Of a stretch of DNA of 64,000 nucleotides, positions 38,999-47,686 are shown in pieces (the stretch's first letter is position 1; the number at the start of each line of letters is the position of its first letter). The notes under the pieces are model-generated. The model was not told the origin of the DNA. It did no database searches and worked only from the letters and a program-made list of their open reading frames with translations. Source of the DNA: an uncultured Actinomycetota bacterium (lineage in GTDB: Bacteria; Actinomycetota; Actinomycetes; Actinomycetales; CAWJMD01); the NCBI GenBank assembly GCA_963845675.1, contig CAWJSX010000003.1:224137-288136 (forward strand). Direction: 5' to 3'. A program made the translations under genes and the position numbers.

Positions 38999-39834
38999 CC
39001 GCCCAGCAGGTCGAGCCCGTCACCGTCGACACGTTCGCCGCCGCCTCGGCCGCCGCGACCGCGGCGATCACCCTCATCCCGTCCGCGCACCCGCTGACGG
39101 TCTCGCCCTCCCCGGGCCAGCGCCCCGCCGGTGAGGCCACCGCCTTCGTCGCGACCTTCACGGGCTCCGTGAGCGGCGAGGTGCTGCTGGTGCTGCACGA
39201 CGACGTCGCCGCCGCCCTGACCGCCGGCACGGTGGACCTCGAGCTGGCCGATGCCGTGCGCCCGGCCCTCGAGGCGGCCGCCTCCTCGACCGGACCCACC
39301 GTGCTCGGACCGGTGCGCACTGCGCCGGTCGACGACGTGGCGCCCGCGGGCGGACGGATGGCGGTCGTGACCCTGCTCGGCGGCGGCGCCCCCGCCGCAT
39401 GGCTCGGCATGAGCGTCCGCGACGGAGCGGACGACGGTCCGGCGATCCCGCGCCAGCCGGGCACGGGAGCCGGCGGCGCAGGAACGGGAGCAGCGATGGC
39501 AAGCGGCATGGGCACCGGCACGGCAGCGAGCACGGGCCAGTCGTCCGGGCACGGAGCCGGTGGCGGAGGGCCGCTGAGCGGTCTCGGCCTCCACCTGCTG
39601 CAGAACGTGGAGATGGTCCTGTCGGTCGAGATCGGGCGTGCCCGCATGACGGTTCGCGACCTGCTGGCGCTCGCCCCCGGCTCGGTCGTCGAGCTCGACC
39701 GAGCGGCAGGCGCCCCGGCGGACCTGCTCGTCAACGGCCGCCTCATCGCCCGCGGCGAGGTCGTCGTCGTCGACGAGGACTTCGGTCTGCGCATCACCGA
39801 GCTGGTCCAGCCCGCCGGGGAGAACACCGCCTGA
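38995..39834 (+). CDS. fliN: Motor switch protein FliN with long N-terminal extension
   Basis: LSVEIGRARM..RDLLAL.PGSVVELDR.AG...VNGRLIARGEVVVVDEDFGLRITE. Confidence 0.9.
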   Translation: MTAQQVEPVTVDTFAAASAAATAAITLIPSAHPLTVSPSPGQRPAGEATAFVATFTGSVSGEVLLVLHDDVAAALTAGTVDLELADAVRPALEAAASSTGPTVLGPVRTAPVDDVAPAGGRMAVVTLLGGGAPAAWLGMSVRDGADDGPAIPRQPGTGAGGAGTGAAMASGMGTGTAASTGQSSGHGAGGGGPLSGLGLHLLQNVEMVLSVEIGRARMTVRDLLALAPGSVVELDRAAGAPADLLVNGRLIARGEVVVVDEDFGLRITELVQPAGENTA

Positions 39835-40331
39835 TGGACGCCCTCGGCCTGGCCCTGCGCGTGGGCCTGTCCCTCGCCTGCGTGCTGGGACTGATCTGGC
39901 TCATCTCGAAGGGACTCGTCCCCGGAGGCGCCGCCCGACGCCGCGGCCGCACGGTCAGCGGGGTGTCGGTGCTCGCGCGCCAGTCGCTGTCCCGCACCGG
40001 AAGCATCGCCATCGTGCAGGTCGGCGACCGCGCACTCGTCGTGGGTGTCACGGAGCAGAACGTCACGCTCCTGACGGAGGCCGACCTGTCGGCGCTCGTG
40101 ACGGAGGCCGAGGACGTCGACGAGGTGGAGGACGTCACCGCGAGCGTCGCGGGCGTCCTCACGTCCCGCGTCGACACCACCAAGGTCCCCGCGACCGACC
40201 ACGTGCCCGCGCAGCGGCGTCCCCGCCGCCCGGCGTCCACCACCCCGGGGGGCCTCGCCGGCTCCGCGCTCTCGCCGGCCACCTGGTCCCAGGCGGTCGA
40301 GGTGCTGCGCGACAGGACCACGCGCCGATGA
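39834..40331 (+). CDS. fliO: Flagellar biosynthesis protein
   Basis: N-terminal TM, VLARQSL...IVQVGDRALVVGVTEQNVTLL. Confidence 0.85.
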   Translation: MDALGLALRVGLSLACVLGLIWLISKGLVPGGAARRRGRTVSGVSVLARQSLSRTGSIAIVQVGDRALVVGVTEQNVTLLTEADLSALVTEAEDVDEVEDVTASVAGVLTSRVDTTKVPATDHVPAQRRPRRPASTTPGGLAGSALSPATWSQAVEVLRDRTTRR

Positions 40332-41227
40332 CCGAGCGACGTCCCGCCCGTCGCGCCACCACCCGGGCGGCGTTGACCCTGCTCGTGGCCGCGCTCGCCG
40401 CGGTGGCTGGGCTCCTGCTGGCCTCCGCGCCCGCCCAGGCAGCCCCCGGTCCCGTCCCCGCCGTCGTCGCCGTCGTCGCCTCACCCGCGGCCCCGGCCGG
40501 ACCGGTGGCCCCGACGCCGCCGACGGAGCCGACCGCGCCCGCCCCGGCGGACGACCCCGACAAGCCCACGGTGTCCTTCGACATCAACGGCGTCGACGGC
40601 AAGCCCAGCAGCTCGATCGTCGTCATCCTCGCGATCACGGGGCTGTCGGTGGCACCGGCGCTGCTGCTGATGACGACGTCCTTCACCAAGATCTTCGTCG
40701 TCCTCACGATCACGCGGAACGCCCTCGGTCTCACGTCGGCCCCCCCGAACCAGGTGATCGCCGGGCTCGCCCTCTTCCTCAGCCTGTTCGTGATGGGACC
40801 GGTGCTCAGCGAGGTCAACGACGTTGGCGTGCAGCCCTACCTGGCGGGTTCGGTGACGCAGTCCGAAGCCTTCGCCACCGGCAGCGAACCGCTGAAGAGC
40901 TTCATGCTCGACCACACGCGCGGGGAGGACCTGGCGCTGATCATGCGGGCCGCTGACCGCCCCAACCCGACCAGCCGCGAGGAGACGCCGCTGCTGACGC
41001 TGATCCCGGCCTTCGTGCTCTCCGAGCTGAGGGCCGCGTTCATCATCGGCTTCGTCGTCTTCGTGCCCTTCCTCGTGATCGACATCGTCGTCGCGGCGGC
41101 GCTGATGTCGATGGGCATGATGATGCTCCCGCCCGTGACCGTGTCGCTGCCGTTCAAGCTGCTGCTCTTCGTGCTCGTGGACGGCTGGGGCCTCGTCATC
41201 ACGTCCGTCATCGGAAGCTACAGGTAG
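40328..41227 (+). CDS. fliP: Export gate protein
   Basis: MTTSFTKI, PPNQV, PAFVLSEL, MGMMMLPP..VSLPFKLLLFVLVDGW. Confidence 0.95.
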   Translation: MTERRPARRATTRAALTLLVAALAAVAGLLLASAPAQAAPGPVPAVVAVVASPAAPAGPVAPTPPTEPTAPAPADDPDKPTVSFDINGVDGKPSSSIVVILAITGLSVAPALLLMTTSFTKIFVVLTITRNALGLTSAPPNQVIAGLALFLSLFVMGPVLSEVNDVGVQPYLAGSVTQSEAFATGSEPLKSFMLDHTRGEDLALIMRAADRPNPTSREETPLLTLIPAFVLSELRAAFIIGFVVFVPFLVIDIVVAAALMSMGMMMLPPVTVSLPFKLLLFVLVDGWGLVITSVIGSYR

Positions 41228-41232
41228 CGGCC

Positions 41233-41508
41233 GTGGACGACTCCTCCGTCATCGAGATCGGCATCGCCGCGCTCACGATCGCCGCCAAGCTGTCGGCGCC
41301 GATCCTGCTGACCGCGCTGGTGGTCGGTTTCACGATCTCGCTGTTCCAGTCCGTCACGCAGATCCAGGAGGTGACGCTGAGCTTCGTGCCCAAGGCGATC
41401 GCCGTGGGCGTGGCGCTGCTCGTGTGCGGCAACTGGATGCTGCACGAGGTGACCTCGTTCACCGTGGGGCTGTACGAGCGCATCCCCGACTTCCTGTCCG
41501 GCGGCTGA
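41233..41508 (+). CDS. fliQ: Export gate protein
   Basis: ISLFQSVTQIQEVTLSFVPK. Confidence 0.95.
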   Translation: MDDSSVIEIGIAALTIAAKLSAPILLTALVVGFTISLFQSVTQIQEVTLSFVPKAIAVGVALLVCGNWMLHEVTSFTVGLYERIPDFLSGG

Positions 41509-41511
41509 CAG

Positions 41512-42282
41512 ATGGGATTCGACATCCCCCTGGAGCAGCTCGTCGGGCTGCTGCTCGGCACCTTCCGGATCGCGAGCTTCCTGCTGCTGGCGCCCCCGTT
41601 CTCGCACCGGGCGATCCCCGGCCGGGTCAAGGCCCTGCTGGCGCTCGGCCTGGGACTCGCCGTGCTGCCCGACGTGCCGGCGGCGCTGACCCGCGGGGGG
41701 CTGGACACCGGGGCGGTCGTCGTCGCCGCCGCGCAGGAGGTGGTGGTGGGCAGCGCCCTCGGGTTCCTCTGCCTGCTCGTCTTCGGCGCCGTGCAGGCCG
41801 CCGGTGACATGCTCGACCTGTTCGGCGGGTTCAGCCTCGCCTTCGCCTTCGACCCCCTGATGCAGACCGGGTCGTCCGTGCTCGGGCGCATGTACCAGCT
41901 GACGGCTCTCACGCTGCTCTTCGCGACCAACGGGCACCTGCTCGTGATGCGAGGGCTGCTCCGGACCTTCGACGTGCTGCCGGTCGGCCAGCTCCTCGAC
42001 CTCGACACGCTCGCCAGCACCGTCACGGCCGGCATCACCGGGATGTTCCTCGCGGCGCTGCAGATCGCCGGCCCGCTCATCGCGGTGCTGTTCCTCGCGG
42101 ACGTCGGGCTCGGCCTGCTGACGCGAGTCGCCCCGGCGCTCAACGCCTTCGCGCTCGGCTTCCCCCTGAAGATCCTCATCACGCTGGTGCTGGTCGGCCT
42201 GTCCTTCGTGGCGCTGCCGCCCGTGGTCGAGGCGCTCGCCGACCAGGCCACCCGGCTGGTCGTGGGGGTGAGCGGTGGCTGA
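41512..42282 (+). CDS. fliR: Export gate protein
   Basis: Hydrophobic; AGDMLDLFGGFS, NGHL, GLLTRVAPALNAFALGFPLK. Confidence 0.92.
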   Translation: MGFDIPLEQLVGLLLGTFRIASFLLLAPPFSHRAIPGRVKALLALGLGLAVLPDVPAALTRGGLDTGAVVVAAAQEVVVGSALGFLCLLVFGAVQAAGDMLDLFGGFSLAFAFDPLMQTGSSVLGRMYQLTALTLLFATNGHLLVMRGLLRTFDVLPVGQLLDLDTLASTVTAGITGMFLAALQIAGPLIAVLFLADVGLGLLTRVAPALNAFALGFPLKILITLVLVGLSFVALPPVVEALADQATRLVVGVSGG

Positions 42283-43363
42283 CGGGGCGGGCGGTGGCGA
42301 GAAGACCGAGGCGCCCACACCGAAGAAGCTCAAGGAGTCGCGCCAGCAGGGTCAGACCCCGCGGTCCGCCGACATCGGCGCCTGGGTCGGGATCGGCGCC
42401 GCGGCGCTCGTCCTGCCCCTCGTGCTGCGGGCGGGCAGCGAGACCGCCCGGACGGCGCTGGGTCACGTGCGCACCGTCGCGGAGGACCCCGACCCGACGA
42501 TCGCCGTCGCCGTGCTGTCCGCCGGCCTGCTGGACGCCGGGCTGGCCGTCGCGCCTCTTGCCGCCGTGACCGTGGTCGTGGCGATCGCTGCCGCGGCCGC
42601 GCAGGGAGGCCTGCGTTTCGCGACGAAGGCCGCCAAGCCGAAGTTCTCGCGGCTCAACCCGGGCAAGGGCCTCAAACGCGTGTTCGGCCCGCAGGCGTGG
42701 TGGGAGGGCACGAAGGCCGCCCTCAAGACCGTCGTGCTGGGCATCGTCCTCTGGCAGGTGGTCAAGGGCATCGCCCCCTACCTGCTGGGCTCGGGGTCGC
42801 TGCCGCTGACGGCGACCATCGACGTCGTCGGCGGCGGCGTGGCCGACCTGATCCGCACCGCGGTGATCGCTGGTCTCGTGGTGGCCGCGGCCGACTACAT
42901 GGTCGTGCGCAGACGCACGATGAAGCAGCTGCGCATGAGCCACAAGGAGATCACCGAGGAGCACAAGCAGGCTGAGGGCGACCCGATGCTCAAGGGCGCC
43001 ATCCGGTCCAAGCAGCTCTCGATGAGTCGCAACCGCATGATGAGCGAGCTGGCGAGCGCCGACGTCGTGCTGGTCAACCCGACGCACGTCGCCGTCGCCC
43101 TGCGCTACGACCCCGCCAAGGGCGCGCCCCGCGTGGTCGCCAAGGGCGCGGGCCTCGTCGCCGCGCGCATCCGCGAGAAGGCGGGCGAGCACCGCGTGCC
43201 GATGGTCGAGGACATCCCGCTGGCCCGTGCCCTCCACGCGGCCTGCGAGCTGGGGCAGGAGGTGCCCGGCGAGCTGTACACCGCCGTGGCCCAGGTGCTG
43301 GCGTTCGTGATGCGCCTGCGGTCGCGCGGCGTCGCGGCCGGCGTGCACCGCCTCGCCGCCTGA
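42275..43363 (+). CDS. flhB: Export switch protein
   Basis: EKTEAPTPKK, EGDP, NPTH autocleavage motif, PLARAL. Confidence 0.95.
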   Translation: MADGAGGGEKTEAPTPKKLKESRQQGQTPRSADIGAWVGIGAAALVLPLVLRAGSETARTALGHVRTVAEDPDPTIAVAVLSAGLLDAGLAVAPLAAVTVVVAIAAAAAQGGLRFATKAAKPKFSRLNPGKGLKRVFGPQAWWEGTKAALKTVVLGIVLWQVVKGIAPYLLGSGSLPLTATIDVVGGGVADLIRTAVIAGLVVAAADYMVVRRRTMKQLRMSHKEITEEHKQAEGDPMLKGAIRSKQLSMSRNRMMSELASADVVLVNPTHVAVALRYDPAKGAPRVVAKGAGLVAARIREKAGEHRVPMVEDIPLARALHAACELGQEVPGELYTAVAQVLAFVMRLRSRGVAAGVHRLAA

Positions 43364-43425
43364 CGGGTCCGCTCGGGGCCTCCACCTGGGGCATCCACCC
43401 CCGGATCATCCACCCGGACGGACGC

Positions 43426-43452
43426 TACAGGTCACGAGCCGGCGCGCCGAAG
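43426..43452 (+). promoter_or_regulatory. Sigma28-type promoter of flhA operon
   Basis: TACA-N16-GCCGAAG (variant -35). Confidence 0.6.
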
Positions 43453-43460
43453 CACTAGAA

Positions 43461-43494
43461 GCCAGGACGGCGACAGCGGGGCCACGGAGCGGCC
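43461..43494 (+). promoter_or_regulatory. Two CsrA-box hairpins in flhA leader
   Basis: GCC-AGGAC-GGC and GGCC-ACGGAGC-GGCC. Confidence 0.65.
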
Positions 43495-43509
43495 ACGAGA
43501 AGAAGGACC

Positions 43510-45612
43510 GTGAACGCTCCCATGTCGCAGGTCACCACGGGCGTCCCGAACGCCGCGCGCCGCCGAGGGCCGAGCATCGGCGCCCTCGCCGTGCCGGTCG
43601 GCGTCGTCGGCATCGTCCTGCTCCTCGTGGTGCCGATCCCCGCCGTCCTGCTCGACCTGCTGATCGCGATCAACATCGTCGGCGCCCTCGTCATCCTGCT
43701 CACGAGCATGTACGTGCGCCGCCCGCTCGACTTCGCGATCTTCCCCTCCCTGCTGCTGGTCTTCACGCTGTTCCGGCTCGGCCTCAACGTCGCCTCCACG
43801 CGGCTCGTGCTCTCGGACGGGTACGCGGGCAAGGTGATCGAGGCCTTCGGCCACTTCGTCGTCAGCGGCTCGCTGGTGATCGGGCTCGTGATCTTCCTGA
43901 TCCTGGTCGTCATCCAGTTCGTCGTCATCACCAACGGTGCCGGCCGCGTCGCCGAGGTCGGCGCCCGCTTCACCCTCGACGCGATGCCGGGCAAGCAGAT
44001 GGCGATCGACGCCGACCTCAACGCCGGGCTGATCGACGAGGACGACGCGCGTCGCCGCCGCGCCGACGTCACCGCCGAGGCGGACTTCTACGGTGCGATG
44101 GACGGCTCCTCGAAGTTCGTCAAGGGCGACGCGATCGCCGGCATCGTGATCACGGTCATCAACCTCATCGGCGGCTTCGTCATCGGCATGGTGCAGCGGG
44201 GTCTCGCCCCCGCCGAGGCCCTCGAGACCTACAGCCTGCTGACGATCGGCGACGGTCTCGTCACGCAGATCCCCGCCCTGCTGATGTCCGTCTCCACCGG
44301 CATGATCGTGACCCGCGCCACCACCCAGGGCGACATGGGCAGCGACGCCGCCGAGCAGCTCGGCCGGCACCGTCCGGCCCTGATGATCGCCGGCTGCGCC
44401 GCCATCGCCCTGGCGCTGATCCCGGGGATGCCCAAGCTGCCGTTCATCTTCGTCGGCGCCGGGGTCCTGCTGCTCGCACAGCGAGCCGGGGCACGAGCCG
44501 ACGAGGAGCAGCCCCGCGACGACGACGGGCCCGTGGTGCCGACGGCCACGCCCGACACCCCCGAGTCGCTGATGCAGGACATGCGCGTCGACCCGCTCGA
44601 GATCGTGCTCGCCCCCGACCTGGTCGACCTCGTCGACACCAGCAGCGGCGGCGACCTGCTCGACCGGGTCCGTGCGCTCCGCCGGAAGGTCGCGGTCGAG
44701 CTGGGTGTCGTGATCCCGCCGGTGCGCACGCGCGACAGCATCGACCTGCCCACCTCGACCTACGCGATCCGCATCTCCGGCGTCGAGGTCACGCGCGGCC
44801 AGGCGCCCCCCGGTCGCGTGCTCGCCCTGGGGGAGGGGCTGGACGCCCTGCCCGGGACCCCGACCACCGAGCCCGTCTTCGGCCTCGCCGGACGCTGGGT
44901 GCCGGCCGAGCTGCGTCACCAGGCGGAGCTGTCGGGTGCGACGGTGGTCGACCGCGCCTCCGTGCTGGTCACGCACCTGGCCGAGGTCATCCGCACGCAC
45001 GCGTCCCGTCTCCTCAGCCGTGAGGACGTCCGCGGTCTCGTGGACGCCGTCAAGGCCGAGCACCCCGCCGTCGTGGACGAGCTCGTCCCGGGCGCGCTGT
45101 CGCTCGGTGAGGTCCAGCGCGTCCTGCAGTGCCTGCTCGACGAGGGCGTCGCCATCCGCGACCTCCCGCACATCTTCGAGGGCCTGTCGATGCGCGCCCG
45201 GGCCGGATCGGACCTCGACGGGCTCGTCGAGGCGGCCCGCTCGGCCCTCGGACCGGCCGTCGCCGCACAGCACGCCCACGACGGGATCCTGCCCGTCATC
45301 ACGTTCGACCCGTTGCTCGAGCAGTCGCTGGCCGAGGCGGTGCGACCCGGTGAGTCCGGCGCCTCCCTGTCACTCGACCCGCAGCGTGCCGAGCTCATCA
45401 TCGAACAGCTTCAGCGCCGGTTGACCGAGGTCGAGAACCACGGCCTCACACCGGTTCTGGCGTGCGCACCGGGCTTGCGTGCCCCCGTCCGGCGCCTCGT
45501 CGCGCTGGGCGTGCCCCGCATCCCGGTGCTGTCCTACACGGAGATCGGTGTCTCCGGCCTGCAGATCGAGACCGTAGGGACGGTGACTGGCCACGATGCG
45601 CTTGTTGCTTGA
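43510..45612 (+). CDS. flhA: Export apparatus protein
   Basis: RVAEVGARFTLDAMPGKQMAIDADL, FYGAMDGSSKFVKGDAIAG, GDGLVTQIP, VLSYTEI. Confidence 0.96.
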   Translation: MNAPMSQVTTGVPNAARRRGPSIGALAVPVGVVGIVLLLVVPIPAVLLDLLIAINIVGALVILLTSMYVRRPLDFAIFPSLLLVFTLFRLGLNVASTRLVLSDGYAGKVIEAFGHFVVSGSLVIGLVIFLILVVIQFVVITNGAGRVAEVGARFTLDAMPGKQMAIDADLNAGLIDEDDARRRRADVTAEADFYGAMDGSSKFVKGDAIAGIVITVINLIGGFVIGMVQRGLAPAEALETYSLLTIGDGLVTQIPALLMSVSTGMIVTRATTQGDMGSDAAEQLGRHRPALMIAGCAAIALALIPGMPKLPFIFVGAGVLLLAQRAGARADEEQPRDDDGPVVPTATPDTPESLMQDMRVDPLEIVLAPDLVDLVDTSSGGDLLDRVRALRRKVAVELGVVIPPVRTRDSIDLPTSTYAIRISGVEVTRGQAPPGRVLALGEGLDALPGTPTTEPVFGLAGRWVPAELRHQAELSGATVVDRASVLVTHLAEVIRTHASRLLSREDVRGLVDAVKAEHPAVVDELVPGALSLGEVQRVLQCLLDEGVAIRDLPHIFEGLSMRARAGSDLDGLVEAARSALGPAVAAQHAHDGILPVITFDPLLEQSLAEAVRPGESGASLSLDPQRAELIIEQLQRRLTEVENHGLTPVLACAPGLRAPVRRLVALGVPRIPVLSYTEIGVSGLQIETVGTVTGHDALVA

Positions 45613-47400
45613 GGGAGCGGCGATCGAGCCCCTGCTCGAGAGAATCCGCCAGGAGCACGGTCCGCAGGCGCGGATCGTCCACGCCGAGCGCGTGCGCAGC
45701 GGAGGCGTCGCGGGGTTCTTCTCCCGCGAGCACTTCGCCGTCACGGTCGAGGTCGACCCCGGCGAGGTGCCGGGCGAACGCGCCCCGGTGCCGGCCGTCG
45801 CCGCCGCGCGACCGGTACAGGTGATCGCTGCGGGCCGCGCGCCCGCTGCCGTCCGGAGCGGGATCGACGCACTCGTCGCCGCCGCAGAGAAGGAAGAGGC
45901 CAGGGAGGCCGTCATGACCCCAGTGCCCGCCGAGCCCACCCGGCTCCCGCAGCCGACCCGGACGGCGCTTCCGACCCAGACGGCCCAGGCCACGTCGCCG
46001 CAGCCCGCCGCCGAGGAGGCACCCGCCCTCGTCCCGGCACAGCGCGTCGCGCACCGCGAGGACGACGGCCTGCGTGCCGAACTGCCCGCCACGAGCCGCC
46101 TGCTCGCGCCGGCCGACCCCGAGGAGATGCCGGTGCCCTGGACGTTCCCGCGTGCCGAGGACGTGCCCGTCCCGCACCGTCCCGTCTCGACGGAGGGGCC
46201 GGCGTTCGCCGCCGTGCTGGAGTCGCTGCAGCGCAGCGCCTCCGACACCCCCTCCTCGCCCCCGCTCGCGGGTCCGGCGCTGCTCGACGAGCCCGCCCCT
46301 GCTCCTGCTCCTGCCACCCCTGCGCCTGTCACCCCGGCAGCACCGGCGCCGGTTCCTGTCCCGGGGTTCGCGACGCAGTCGCCCGCCTCCACCGAGCGCA
46401 CCCACGTCGCCCAGCTCGCCCACGCCGAGGACCGGCTGGAGCTGGCCCTCGCGCCGGACGCCCGCCCGGCGCTCTACGAGGGTCGGCGCTGGCGTGACCG
46501 GACGGCCGCCGGACGGCGCTCGCTGGCCGACGCCACCCAGCCTTCCGCCCCCGCCCCGGTGACGGCCACCGTCCCGCCGGAGACCACGTCCGCCCAGGAC
46601 GCACCCAACCGGCCGATCCCTGCGGCGCCCATGACCCGCCGGGAGATGCGTGCGCTGCGAGCTGTCGCCGCGCCCGGGTCCGCGCCCGGGTCCGCGCCCG
46701 GGTCTGCGCCCGGGTCTGCCCCGGGTCCGCCTCCGGGTCCGCTCCCGCGCCGGAGCGGAGCGGCCTGGAGCCCTTCGAAGGCCTCGGCCTGCCGGACACG
46801 GTGCTCGGCCGGCTCGGTCGGGACGCGAGCGCGGCCGACCTGGTCGCCGCCCTCGGGGACCTGCCCGTCGCCGAACCCGTCCCGCCGCGTGCCGGCCACC
46901 TCGTCGCCGTCGTCGGCGAGCGGGAGGCCGCCCTCACCGAGGCGCGGTCCATCGCCGCCGACCTGCGGCTGGGCCGGGACGCCGTCGTGCTCGTGGGTCG
47001 TGGCGGCCTCGTGACCACCGACCAGGCCCGCACGTGCGCGGCCACGGTGCGGCTCGGCGAGGTCCCGGCCGTGGTGGTCGTCGAGTCCGACCTCGGCGCC
47101 GACCAGGCCTGGACCCGGCAGGTGCTGCGAGCCCTCACTCCCGACCAGGTCGTCGCCGCCGTCGACGCGACGCGCCGGCCCTCCGACACCTCGGCGTGGC
47201 TCGGCAGCCTCGCGGTGCGTGGCTTCGACGTCGAGGCGGTGCGGGCCCACCGCGTCGCGGCGACCGGCGAGCCCGGCTCGGTCCTGGGCCTCGGGGTCCC
47301 CGTGGCCAGCATCGACGGCCGGTCCGCCTCGCCCCGCGAGTGGGCGGCCGTGCTGATCGACCGCGTGCAGCGGCGGGCCCTCGAGGGAGACGCGGGATGA
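45596..47400 (+). CDS. Degenerate FlhF-like protein; 1-nt deletion near 46719-46722
   Basis: FlhF-like N-terminus (RIRQEHGPQARIVHAERVRSGGVAGFF..EHFAVTV), long Pro/Ala linker, C-terminal alpha/beta domain in ORF 46801..47400; flhF position after flhA. Confidence 0.6.
46670..46740 (+). repeat. 12-bp tandem repeat (GCGCCCGGGTCY), about 6 units, one only 11 bp
   Basis: Encodes APGS repeats; the short unit coincides with the frameshift. Confidence 0.85.
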
Positions 47401-47651
47401 ACGTCGGGATGGTCGGCCTGATCGCGGCCGTCCTCGCGGGCCCGGCGCTGGTGGCCTTCGCGGACGGACGCATGGGGCCCGACGAGGTCGGCGTTCGCGT
47501 GCTGCTCGCCGTCGTCGTGGCCATGGTGGCGGAGGGGATCGCGCGCCGGTTCGTCCTGGCTGTGCGCCCGCTGCCTGCCCGGCATCCTGCCCCGCCGGCC
47601 GGCGCGGCGCTGTCCGACGGACCTGCCACGCGGCGCGCTGACGACGCCTGA
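47397..47651 (+). CDS. Small two-TM hypothetical protein
   Basis: ATGA overlap with upstream gene; [21 protein letters not shown]...[11 protein letters not shown]. Confidence 0.6.
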   Translation: MNVGMVGLIAAVLAGPALVAFADGRMGPDEVGVRVLLAVVVAMVAEGIARRFVLAVRPLPARHPAPPAGAALSDGPATRRADDA

Positions 47652-47686
47652 CGGCCCGCGCGCACCTCACCCCCTATGCTCGGCGG

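Noticed and set aside
6590-45279. Numerous long antisense or alternate-frame ORFs (e.g. 7030..9234, 19733..21718, 43432..45279)
   Set aside because: Shadow ORFs typical of high-GC DNA; Arg/Pro/Ser-rich, without motifs, fully overlapping well-supported genes
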